Assembly: GCA_037139335.1 (NCBI GenBank)
Contig: JBAXGO010000002.1
Location: 851 to 64,850, forward strand
Length of the DNA stretch: 64,000 nucleotides
DNA from: a bacterium
GTDB taxonomy: Bacteria; Patescibacteriota; Dojkabacteria; JAOAGR01; JBAXGO01
Direction: 5' to 3'
The notes below the pieces were generated by a model. That model was not told the DNA's origin, did no database searches, and was given only the letters and a program-made list of their open reading frames with translations. The translations under genes and the position numbers were made by a program. Shown here piece after piece: positions 28,629 to 37,441 of the stretch. Every line of letters begins with the position of its first letter. Position 1 is the stretch's first letter.

Positions 28629-29318
28629 TTATTGGCCGCATTGGTTCAAACCGCTATAGTCGAATAAACAATTGTTGCTTTTATTCAAGATTACGACTGA
28701 AGTAACACTAGAAAACTGCTTCAGATTTGACTCAATAGCCATTGACAACAAGGCATCAGTACCAATGCCAACTAACGAAATCTCTCGGCAAAGACGGAAA
28801 ACTGCTTTGCCATTGGTAATAGTTATTGTAAAATCTTTTCCAGAACAATCAGAAGTCCCAGATAAATTTATATTATTAGTGTATCCTTGTGCTTTTTCAG
28901 CAGCCGTTGGACCAGAAATATATTGTTCCATAGAGAAAGCAGCTACATCCACTCTCTCTGTATATCTATCTACAGGAAAGACCTTATATTCAGAACCTTC
29001 TTTGGAAAAATATACAGAAACTTTTGCTAACTTTGCGGTTGCTGTAACAGATGGAGAAGAGGGTGATGCAGAAGCAACAATTTGTTTTACTGTTTCAGTA
29101 ACACCTTTAGTGGCAGTTGCAATTGGTGTATTTGTGACTAACGACGTTTGTTTATCTGATGAACCATTATTTTTACTTAATAATAAAAACAATAATATGG
29201 ATATAACAACCAATAAAACGATTGTAACAATTGATAAAATAATAATTAATATTTTATTCTTATTGGATGGTACAACAGGAGTAAGATTTGGTTGTGGTTG
29301 GATTTCAATTTCAGGCAT
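28629..29318 (-). CDS. Membrane-anchored protein with S/T/P stalk and GerMN-like domain
   Basis: TM, low-complexity linker, VSVYF..GPTAAEK..IESNLKQFSSVTSV. Confidence 0.7.
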   Translation of the reverse strand: MPEIEIQPQPNLTPVVPSNKNKILIIILSIVTIVLLVVISILLFLLLSKNNGSSDKQTSLVTNTPIATATKGVTETVKQIVASASPSSPSVTATAKLAKVSVYFSKEGSEYKVFPVDRYTERVDVAAFSMEQYISGPTAAEKAQGYTNNINLSGTSDCSGKDFTITITNGKAVFRLCREISLVGIGTDALLSMAIESNLKQFSSVTSVVILNKSNNCLFDYSGLNQCGQ

Positions 29319-29423
29319 ATTATTTTATAATATATGAAAATACTACCATTATATTGTTTTAATTCCAATTACCTATTAATTAATATAAAGTTTTTTGTGA
29401 ATAATAGTGAATAATGTTTAATA

Positions 29424-30704
29424 TTATTTATTAAAAAATGTTAAAAATATTCCTAATGCAGCAAGTGCCATAACGGAGAAAGTTATAATTCCAATAATAT
29501 TCGTGAATTTTCCATTTGTATATTTTCCCATTATCTTTTTGTTATTCGTGATTAAAAGAATCATACCAATTAATGGCACTGAAATTATTCCATTCAATAC
29601 AGCGGTATATACAAGAGCCTGCATAGGATTAATACCAATAAAGTTAATAACTAAGCCAACTAGTGTTGATATTAAGATTATTAAATAAAAAGCGCGAGCT
29701 TGAGTAAATTTTTTATTCAAGCCTTCATTTAAATTAAAAACTTCACAAACAGCATAAGAAGCACCACCGGCAAAAATTGGTACTGCAAGGAGTCCAGTTC
29801 CAATAATACCTAGTGCAAATAAAATTCTAGCTACTTCGCCAGAATATGGAAAAGTTTGGACCAAAGGTTCCAATGCCTGAGCCGCCTGTGCTGCAGTTTG
29901 AATATCTGTAATCCCATTTTTATTTAATGTTGCAGCAGTCGTAACTATAATAAACCAAGTAGTAACTTCAGAAAATAACATACCAATAAATGTATCGATT
30001 CTCATTTTGCCAATGTATTTTATATTAATACGTGGCATACCTTTTTTATTCATGGAAAGTTTTCCCTTAATTTCTTCCTCAACTTCCTCATTAGCTTGCC
30101 AGAACATCATGTATGGCGAAATCGTAGTACCTAAAATACCTACTATCAGGAATAAATATTCATAAGTAAAATTTATTTTTGGTGTAATAGATTCAATTAA
30201 TAATTGCCCCCAATCATTTTGAACAAATAAACCTGTTAAGATATATGCAAACAAAGAAAGTGTTAGCCATTTCAAAATCTTTGCATACTGTCTATATGGC
30301 ATAAATATTTCTAAGAATAATATTATCAGCGTAAACGACAATAATAAAAACCTAGTATCCATAGGCACAAGTAGTTGAGCAGCAGCAGCCATAGCACCAA
30401 GATCGGTTCCAAGATTTATAACATTTGCTATTACTAGAAGCGAAACCATGAAATACAGTAAATATTTCGAATAGTGTTGTTTTATATTCTTTGCTATTCC
30501 TTGTCCTGTTACTATACCAATTCTTGCAGACATTTCTTGAATAACATACATCATTGGCAGCATAAATAATGCTGTCCAGAGGAGGTTAAAGCCATATTTA
30601 GCACCAGTTTGAGAATATGTTGCTATGCCAGAAGGATCATCATCAGCAGCACCTGTAATAACACCAGGTCCGAGTATTTTAAAAATACGTTTAAATTTTT
30701 TCAT
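29424..30704 (-). CDS. NRAMP-like divalent metal transporter
   Basis: GPGVITGAADDDPSGIATY, QEMSARIG, GTTISPY. Confidence 0.9.
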   Translation of the reverse strand: MKKFKRIFKILGPGVITGAADDDPSGIATYSQTGAKYGFNLLWTALFMLPMMYVIQEMSARIGIVTGQGIAKNIKQHYSKYLLYFMVSLLVIANVINLGTDLGAMAAAAQLLVPMDTRFLLLSFTLIILFLEIFMPYRQYAKILKWLTLSLFAYILTGLFVQNDWGQLLIESITPKINFTYEYLFLIVGILGTTISPYMMFWQANEEVEEEIKGKLSMNKKGMPRINIKYIGKMRIDTFIGMLFSEVTTWFIIVTTAATLNKNGITDIQTAAQAAQALEPLVQTFPYSGEVARILFALGIIGTGLLAVPIFAGGASYAVCEVFNLNEGLNKKFTQARAFYLIILISTLVGLVINFIGINPMQALVYTAVLNGIISVPLIGMILLITNNKKIMGKYTNGKFTNIIGIITFSVMALAALGIFLTFFNK

Positions 30705-30771
30705 TTTTTTATCTCAAATACTGACGATTATTTGTGACATAATAACTGTTGCAATGTAAAAAGAAAAGAGA

Positions 30772-31557
30772 TTAACTAACTTGTGACGAACGAATAGAAT
30801 TATTGAAAATCTTTATTTTTGGTAGTTTCAAGACTTCCCATAAATTACTAAAATGAGTAATGTGACAGATATTCATTGCAGTATTTTCTGCACTAGACTC
30901 AATGTCTTTTTCACCAATTAGCTTTTTTTTATAATTTAGATAATTTTTCCAAGCTTCTGCACGCCATCTCTTTACAATAATGTTAAAGAATAGAGAATAT
31001 GAAATATTTGTTTTTTTCGAATAATCATTTTCTATAATATCTTTATCCGCAGTCTGAAGAACAATCTCATTAATACTCTCACTAATAATATCATTAACTT
31101 TTTCATAATCTGTTAAGAATGAACCATCTTTGTGAACATCATTTAATGTATAAATATAATCGCTATTAATATGTGCATTCATTCCTAGAATTAAATTTAT
31201 GAAGGAAGGAGATGTACTTTTTTTACACTTATCAAAAAATATTTTCCATGGTCTAGAACACTTTAACCCAGTTACATAATTTTTTAATGAATAAAAATAA
31301 TAATCTGCGGATCGGACAAAGAAATATTCGATTTGCGAAAATTCTATAAATGCTCCTGACAAAGCTTTCTTTTTAATATTTTTAAGAATAATAATAAATG
31401 TTTTATTAAACGAAGAAAGACCCGATAGGTCAGTATTTTCAATTTCCTGATTGAGACTTTCAGAGGCTTCTATAATACCATCAATAGTATTAATATTATC
31501 CCTGTATGATTTGAATAAAAAATTATATGTTTGCATAAAAAAACGCCATCGTGCCAT
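30772..31557 (-). CDS. DUF5995-like hypothetical protein
   Basis: PWKIFF..LGMNAHINSD..DYEKVNDII..WRAEAW pattern. Confidence 0.6.
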   Translation of the reverse strand: MARWRFFMQTYNFLFKSYRDNINTIDGIIEASESLNQEIENTDLSGLSSFNKTFIIILKNIKKKALSGAFIEFSQIEYFFVRSADYYFYSLKNYVTGLKCSRPWKIFFDKCKKSTSPSFINLILGMNAHINSDYIYTLNDVHKDGSFLTDYEKVNDIISESINEIVLQTADKDIIENDYSKKTNISYSLFFNIIVKRWRAEAWKNYLNYKKKLIGEKDIESSAENTAMNICHITHFSNLWEVLKLPKIKIFNNSIRSSQVS

Positions 31558-31648
31558 TTTACACCTATAATGACTTTTTCAGTAGTCCCCAGATAATGTA
31601 CGCTTTATCAGGACATAATTGTATAATGTTAATAGATTTTGAAATACC

Positions 31649-31927
31649 ATGCATTACAGACGTAACAATGTAAAAAGAGAACATAGCACTATAAAAGGAA
31701 TTATTCCCATATTGGAGAAAATAGCAGAACTAGATTATGTAAAATCCATAGTGCCAGGAAGGATTAAACCAATATCTGGTAGTTATCCCAAATGTGTTTT
31801 GGAATATAAAACAAAAACAGATACTGGAATAAAATGTCTTGCAAAATCAGAAAGAGCAACACAAGAAGTCTTTATTGTGACCTCTAATACTGAAGAATTG
31901 ATAAAATTCATTATGAATTTAGCTTAA
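31649..31927 (+). CDS. DUF2103-like small protein
   Basis: EHSTIKG..ILEKIA..VKSIVPGRI..TDTGIKCLAK..QEVFIV. Confidence 0.7.
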   Translation: MHYRRNNVKREHSTIKGIIPILEKIAELDYVKSIVPGRIKPISGSYPKCVLEYKTKTDTGIKCLAKSERATQEVFIVTSNTEELIKFIMNLA

Positions 31928-32092
31928 AAACCAGTTTTACTTTTTTCTACCTCAAGGAAATTAATGTTACGATAATAGGAACGACAGCCGCCATTAAGAG
32001 CGTCTGTCAATATCTTTTTAAGATTTAAAGGTTATTTACCCACATTTATGTTATAATACGCATCACTGCTCTTAAGTTTTTTTTAATTTTAT

Positions 32093-32683
32093 ATGCATGA
32101 GCTAAAATTAGCTTTTTTCGTACTCCCTCTTTGGTTAAAAATTATCGTTATTGTCCTTTTTATGCCTATAACGCTTGTTTTCTTGCCAATAATAATCGGT
32201 TATATCGGTATTTTCCTTATTTCAAAGGAGATTTCATCTTCGACGATAAGAACTTTTACAAATATTACTATTATTTTACTTGCTATTACAATAAATACCT
32301 TATTAGCATATTGTTTTGTAGAAATCCCTGAAGGAAAATTAAATATTGAACAAATTTATTATTCTATAACACCTAAACAAAATGCTGATAATACCGTAAT
32401 ATCAAAAAACAACATTTATAAAGCTGAAGAAACTAAACTAGAGCCTACTACTCAAATACCAACACCGACACAAGAAATAACAAAGACACCTATAAGTTCA
32501 CCAATTATAGAAACTACAGCCCCGACTCAACAAAGAGAGAAGTCCGTATTGGTAAAACCTGCCGTAAATATTAATAAATGTTCAGGAAAGATCGCTATTT
32601 GCTGTGATGGAACTTGTGGTGAAGAGACGAGTAAACAAAATATTTGTAGTAATAACAATGGCGTTTGCCAGTGGAATCCTTAA
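32093..32683 (+). CDS. Membrane protein with T/P stalk and Cys-rich C-terminal DUF3761-like domain
   Basis: Two hydrophobic regions, PTPT linker, AICCDGT..CSNNNGVCQW. Confidence 0.65.
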   Translation: MHELKLAFFVLPLWLKIIVIVLFMPITLVFLPIIIGYIGIFLISKEISSSTIRTFTNITIILLAITINTLLAYCFVEIPEGKLNIEQIYYSITPKQNADNTVISKNNIYKAEETKLEPTTQIPTPTQEITKTPISSPIIETTAPTQQREKSVLVKPAVNINKCSGKIAICCDGTCGEETSKQNICSNNNGVCQWNP

Positions 32684-32775
32684 TCTTGTAAAAAGCCCTT
32701 TAATATATGCCATGGGATTAATGTATTTAATCAAAATATAGATCATTAAAAAGTACCTTCCTGAATAGCATGTGG

Positions 32776-33444
32776 TTATATTAAGTCTTGTTCTTTAAAG
32801 CTGTAATATTTGTTTTCACCTACAATTATATGATCTATAATATCAATTCCTAATATTGTTCCTGCCTGAATTAATTGATTTGTAGTTTCAATATCTGTAT
32901 CAGATGGAGTAACATCACCCGTTGGATGATTGTGTGCCAATATTATTTGCACAGCAAGCTTGCTAACAGCTGGTTCAAAAACTTCTCTAGGATGTATTAC
33001 ACTCATATTTATAGTTCCAACAGATACAATTTCTTTGTGAATGACCTGATTTCTAGCGTTTAAATAAAGTGCAATTAAATGTTCCTTCCTATATTCTGAC
33101 ATTCCAATCAATAGAGCTAATACATCTTCTGTATTTTCAATTATCGGAATAATTGGATCTGGCTTAATAAATATTCGTTTTGATAATTCAATAGCGGATA
33201 AAATAGTGCACGCTTTGGAAGAATCTATACCCATAATTTTCAAATAATCTTCATATGTAAGGTTTAATAGTTGCTTTTTGGGATATTTTTGCAATAAAGT
33301 CTTTGCTATATCCATTGAACTAAAACCTTTACGACCTGTTCTAATCAGTATTGCCAATAATTCCGCATCTGTTAAATTAGCAACACCTTTGGATATAAGT
33401 TTTTCTCTGGGACGCATGTGTTTGGGGAGATCTTTTATCTTCAT
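32776..33444 (-). CDS. radC: RadC/UPF0758 JAB-domain protein
   Basis: RPREKL, ELLAIL, HPREVF, HNHPTG..PS..D, DHIIVG. Confidence 0.93.
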   Translation of the reverse strand: MKIKDLPKHMRPREKLISKGVANLTDAELLAILIRTGRKGFSSMDIAKTLLQKYPKKQLLNLTYEDYLKIMGIDSSKACTILSAIELSKRIFIKPDPIIPIIENTEDVLALLIGMSEYRKEHLIALYLNARNQVIHKEIVSVGTINMSVIHPREVFEPAVSKLAVQIILAHNHPTGDVTPSDTDIETTNQLIQAGTILGIDIIDHIIVGENKYYSFKEQDLI

Positions 33445-33656
33445 GTATTTTTGAGGATAAATCATTATAAATCATAGAGAAAAAAATGGATAGTGTAATT
33501 TACAAAATATATTATTAAATATCTTATTAACAAAAGAACCTTTGTTGCTAATCATTATCCGTGTATGAGAATGTTAATATTGCAGAAAGAAGGCTCGCAA
33601 TATTTAAGAAGTTTTATCTCAATAACGAGAAATTATTGCCCATATAAAATGGTGTT

Positions 33657-34115
33657 TTATGATTTCGTTTTTGATTCTATAGACTGAAGAATTTTGTCAA
33701 TTAATTTTTCCTGATTTTCTAGATGAGCAATAATAGTTTCAACTTCTCTTTCTACTTTTAAATTAACATGGTATTCATCCTCGGATCTTCTTTCCGCATA
33801 TTTACTTTGCAGATTTTGTCCAACCATAATTAAAGGAAGTAAAGACAATTGAATCATATTTGATAAAAATAGCCACAAGACAAATGCTGGAAATGGGTCG
33901 AATCTTAAATCTGAAGGCCCCAATGTATTCCAACCAAGCCAAGATAGTGTCCATACTGCAATAATAAAGAAAAAGCCCATTGTGCCAACGCTTTCTGTAA
34001 TCCATATTGCAAACTTTTGGACATTACTAAGACTATACTTATGAACTTTATAAGTATCTGTAACTGGTTTTCTTAAATTTTTTATTTCATCGAGTGAAAG
34101 AATATCTTTTGACAT
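33657..34115 (-). CDS. DUF1003 membrane protein
   Basis: VGTMGFF, FDPFP, PLIMVGQN. Confidence 0.85.
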   Translation of the reverse strand: MSKDILSLDEIKNLRKPVTDTYKVHKYSLSNVQKFAIWITESVGTMGFFFIIAVWTLSWLGWNTLGPSDLRFDPFPAFVLWLFLSNMIQLSLLPLIMVGQNLQSKYAERRSEDEYHVNLKVEREVETIIAHLENQEKLIDKILQSIESKTKS

Positions 34116-34162
34116 AATATATTATACTGTCTAATAGTATAACAAAAATTACTGTAAAAAAA

Positions 34163-34315
34163 TTATTTCTTCTCAATATTTTGTATATTTTTATCAATAT
34201 TACAAGTAATCTTTCTAATGTTTTGAATGATGTCAAAATTTCTTTGACTTTCTGAAACAAGCCTTCTCGAAAGTATTTCTATATCAGCATCATTAAAATT
34301 TAATTGAATATTCAT
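34163..34315 (-). CDS. Possible 50-aa coiled-coil protein (below the ORF-track cutoff)
   Basis: Manual translation MNIQLNFNDADIEILSRRLVSESQRNFDIIQNIRKITCNIDKNIQNIEKK*; co-oriented with both neighbours. Confidence 0.35.
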   Translation of the reverse strand: MNIQLNFNDADIEILSRRLVSESQRNFDIIQNIRKITCNIDKNIQNIEKK

Positions 34316-34388
34316 AATTTTTTTTATTAAAAAATAATTTTATGTTGTAATTGTTATAAAACAAAGGATATAAAGAAGATGTGAAGAT

Positions 34389-36869
34389 TTATGGAGTGCA
34401 GTAACCAGGACTAAAATTTGGTATTGATTTCCCTGCAAAATTATCTATTTGAGATTGTATCCATGGATTACCAGTATTGGTTTCATATCGAACTGAATAT
34501 ATAGGATATGCTTTTTTATCTTGAATATCCTTTGCCGATGCTAATTTAATAGAGCCATTACAATCAACTACCATAATTGTATTATGATTATTATCAACTT
34601 TTGGAAATTCGCCATCAACAAATAATGCACTAGATCGTGGACAACTTGAATTTGACGTTGCAAGAAATCCTGTATCTGAGCATACAATCCTGCTCACAAT
34701 ACCTGAGGGCATGTTAAAATTATTGTTTTTAAATTTTGGAAGAACTTCTCTCATATATGGAGTCCACAAAACTTGCCCAAGTTTTTCACCCACTGCATAT
34801 GTTTTCAAAGGTTGATTATTACTATTACCAGCCCAAACTCCAGTTACTAGATCTGGTGTAAATCCCCAAAAAACAATTGATGTTGGCAACCCATTAATTC
34901 CAAAATCATTTGTACCAGTTTTACCTGCCGCATCATAACCTTCTCGTCTAATTTGCTGAACTGTAGTGTACTTTTGCAGTATTTGTAAGACAAGCCAATC
35001 ATGTTGTTCATCTATTACTCGAATTCCAGGATTATCTTGTTTTTCATATATAATATTTCCTTCTCTATCAGTGATTCTTTGAATAGTATAAAAATCTTTT
35101 TTTACGCCACCATTAGCTAATGTTTGATAAGCTTGAGCATGACTATATGGAGGAACTACTGCAGCTCCTAAAGTGGCTGTTATACCTGCCTTATCAATCT
35201 CTTCAAGCTCAGGTTCTTTATAGCCTAATGATTTCATCAATATTTTATAATTATCTACACCCCCAGCCATTAATGTTTGAACAGCAGGAATATTTAATGA
35301 ATTATTCAATGCCCACTCTGAAGAAACAGACACTGCAGGTTTATCGCCAATTGAAAAATTACGAGGTATATAACCACCTCCCATATCGATAGGGAAATTA
35401 GCCCATACAGTACTAGGAGAAAATCCTCTATTTATAAATGCATTTAGATATGTAAATGGTTTCATAGAAGATCCCTGAGAAACTGGTCTTTGAAGCACAT
35501 CAACTTGGCCATTAATAAAAGCTCCATCATCAGCATTGAAATCTTTCGAACCAACATATGCCATAACCGCTCCTGTTTTGGTATTCACTGATATCATAGA
35601 TGCATTTTTTGCACCAAATGTTCCCCAGCGTGAATTATTTCCACAATATGGACATATTGACGCAACATTTTCATTATCATCGTCTATAAGCGAAACATAT
35701 TTTTCTGCCTTTTGCTGCATATCATAATCAAGCGTAGTATAAACACGTAGACCACCTGTACTTATATATAAATCTGGATTTTCCTTTTCTTTAAAAATAG
35801 ATTTTAATTCCTCGTATACAACACCTCCGTTCTTCACGAAATGTGGAGCTTTATCAGCTGTTTTCGGCATATTGTATATGATGGGTTCAATTAAAGCAGA
35901 TTTTATTTTTACTTGATCTAATTTAAAATTATGAAATTCATTTAAATTTTCATAAATTTCATCCATCCTAGATAAAATATCTCTTTGTCTTCTAATATTA
36001 GCTTTTATGACGGTACCGTCTGGTAAAATATCGTCAGTATTTTTATCAGAATTATAAGGCTCTGGTGCAAGTCGAGCTGGTTCATTTGGAATTCCTGCTA
36101 ATAATGCAGCTTCGCCATAAGTTAAATCTTTTGGATCTTTATTGAAATAAGCGTTGGAGGCACGTTTTATTCCCACGAAGTTACTCCCGAATGATATTGT
36201 GTTTAAATATAATTGCAAAATCTCATCTTTGGAATATCTTTGAGCAATTTGAGCCGATAAAATAATTTCTTTAATTTTTCTTTTTAAATCTTTTTTATCA
36301 CCGATTAAATTCACCTTCACAACTTGTTGCGTTATAGTACTTCCTCCTTGATAAACATTTTTAGAAAAAAGTGTTGTTAAAAAGGCACGAAATAATGAAC
36401 CAATATTAATGCCTTTATTATCATAAAAAGTCTTATCCTCAGCTGCTATAAATGCGGCTTTAACATGATTTGGAATTTCATCAATTTTTATAAATTCTTT
36501 ACTTTCGAAACCTGACAATCTTCGCAGTTCAATACCATCAGATGAATAAATAATACTATCTCCGTATTTAGCCACATTTTCAAAAGGAGAAGATGGATCA
36601 ATCTTTATAATATCTTTTGAGACTTCACTTATCAAAGATGCTATATAAACTAGAAAGACAAGAGCTATTAATAATAAGACAAAGATAACAGACAAAAATA
36701 TATTTCTAATTATATTTATTCTTTTTTTTATTTTAATTTTTTCGATTGCAATTTTTTTCTTTTTGCGAGAGCGTATTTCTTTGAGGGCAATGTATTTAAC
36801 TATTGTAGGATTTGCCATACGACTCCGGTGAAGATTTTTAATTACATCCGCATTGGATAAATTACTCAT
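34389..36869 (-). CDS. Class A penicillin-binding protein (transglycosylase/transpeptidase)
   Basis: AAEDKTF, GGSTITQQVVK, RKIKE, YLN; SSMK, SLN, KTG. Confidence 0.93.
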   Translation of the reverse strand: MSNLSNADVIKNLHRSRMANPTIVKYIALKEIRSRKKKKIAIEKIKIKKRINIIRNIFLSVIFVLLLIALVFLVYIASLISEVSKDIIKIDPSSPFENVAKYGDSIIYSSDGIELRRLSGFESKEFIKIDEIPNHVKAAFIAAEDKTFYDNKGINIGSLFRAFLTTLFSKNVYQGGSTITQQVVKVNLIGDKKDLKRKIKEIILSAQIAQRYSKDEILQLYLNTISFGSNFVGIKRASNAYFNKDPKDLTYGEAALLAGIPNEPARLAPEPYNSDKNTDDILPDGTVIKANIRRQRDILSRMDEIYENLNEFHNFKLDQVKIKSALIEPIIYNMPKTADKAPHFVKNGGVVYEELKSIFKEKENPDLYISTGGLRVYTTLDYDMQQKAEKYVSLIDDDNENVASICPYCGNNSRWGTFGAKNASMISVNTKTGAVMAYVGSKDFNADDGAFINGQVDVLQRPVSQGSSMKPFTYLNAFINRGFSPSTVWANFPIDMGGGYIPRNFSIGDKPAVSVSSEWALNNSLNIPAVQTLMAGGVDNYKILMKSLGYKEPELEEIDKAGITATLGAAVVPPYSHAQAYQTLANGGVKKDFYTIQRITDREGNIIYEKQDNPGIRVIDEQHDWLVLQILQKYTTVQQIRREGYDAAGKTGTNDFGINGLPTSIVFWGFTPDLVTGVWAGNSNNQPLKTYAVGEKLGQVLWTPYMREVLPKFKNNNFNMPSGIVSRIVCSDTGFLATSNSSCPRSSALFVDGEFPKVDNNHNTIMVVDCNGSIKLASAKDIQDKKAYPIYSVRYETNTGNPWIQSQIDNFAGKSIPNFSPGYCTP

Positions 36870-37080
36870 AGGAATCTTATTATTTAGGCGATTATACAAT
36901 AAATATATATTATGTATACACCATATTTTTGCCTTAATAACCTTATTTTCTCAACATCAGTGTTTTATCTATTATTTTAAGACTGTATTTTTACGTAATC
37001 CATAGATAATATTGAAAAAAAAATTCATACTTGATGATGTGTTTATACAATTCTTTTTACTTGTACATACTATTTTGTGC

Positions 37081-37104
37081 TATACTATCCTTTTTAATAG
37101 TATA
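37081..37104. promoter_or_regulatory. Palindromic operator candidate for the HxlR regulator
   Basis: TATACTAT-N8-ATAGTATA immediately before the start codon. Confidence 0.5.
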
Positions 37105-37106
37105 CT

Positions 37107-37424
37107 ATGAGTTGTGATTCAACATCATCTCCAGTTCATACAACATTAGATGTTATTGGAGGAAAATGGAAACCTGTAATTTTGTGGTATTTATCGAAGG
37201 AAACAGTACGTTTCAATGAGTTAGGACGCTTGATAAATGGTATCACGCAAAAGATGTTAACACAACAATTACGTGAATTAGAAAAAGATGGATTAATCAA
37301 ACGAGTAGTCTATCCAGAAGTGCCGCCAAAAGTTGAATATTCTATTACTAAATATGGTAAAACGCTTGAGCCAGTTTTAAAAGCTATGGCTATGTGGGGA
37401 CAAAAGCATAAGAAAAGAAGATAA
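37107..37424 (+). CDS. HxlR/DUF24 winged-helix regulator
   Basis: [33 protein letters not shown]. Confidence 0.93.
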   Translation: MSCDSTSSPVHTTLDVIGGKWKPVILWYLSKETVRFNELGRLINGITQKMLTQQLRELEKDGLIKRVVYPEVPPKVEYSITKYGKTLEPVLKAMAMWGQKHKKRR

Positions 37425-37441
37425 TTTATTTACTAAAAAAT

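Noticed and set aside
28672-29337. 221-aa plus-strand ORF
   Set aside because: Antisense shadow of the GerMN-like gene; no motifs, and explained by codon bias of the real gene
31970-32015. GC-richer hairpin (gacag..cgc..gcg..ctgtc)
   Set aside because: No riboswitch consensus recognised; may be a terminator or a gene remnant
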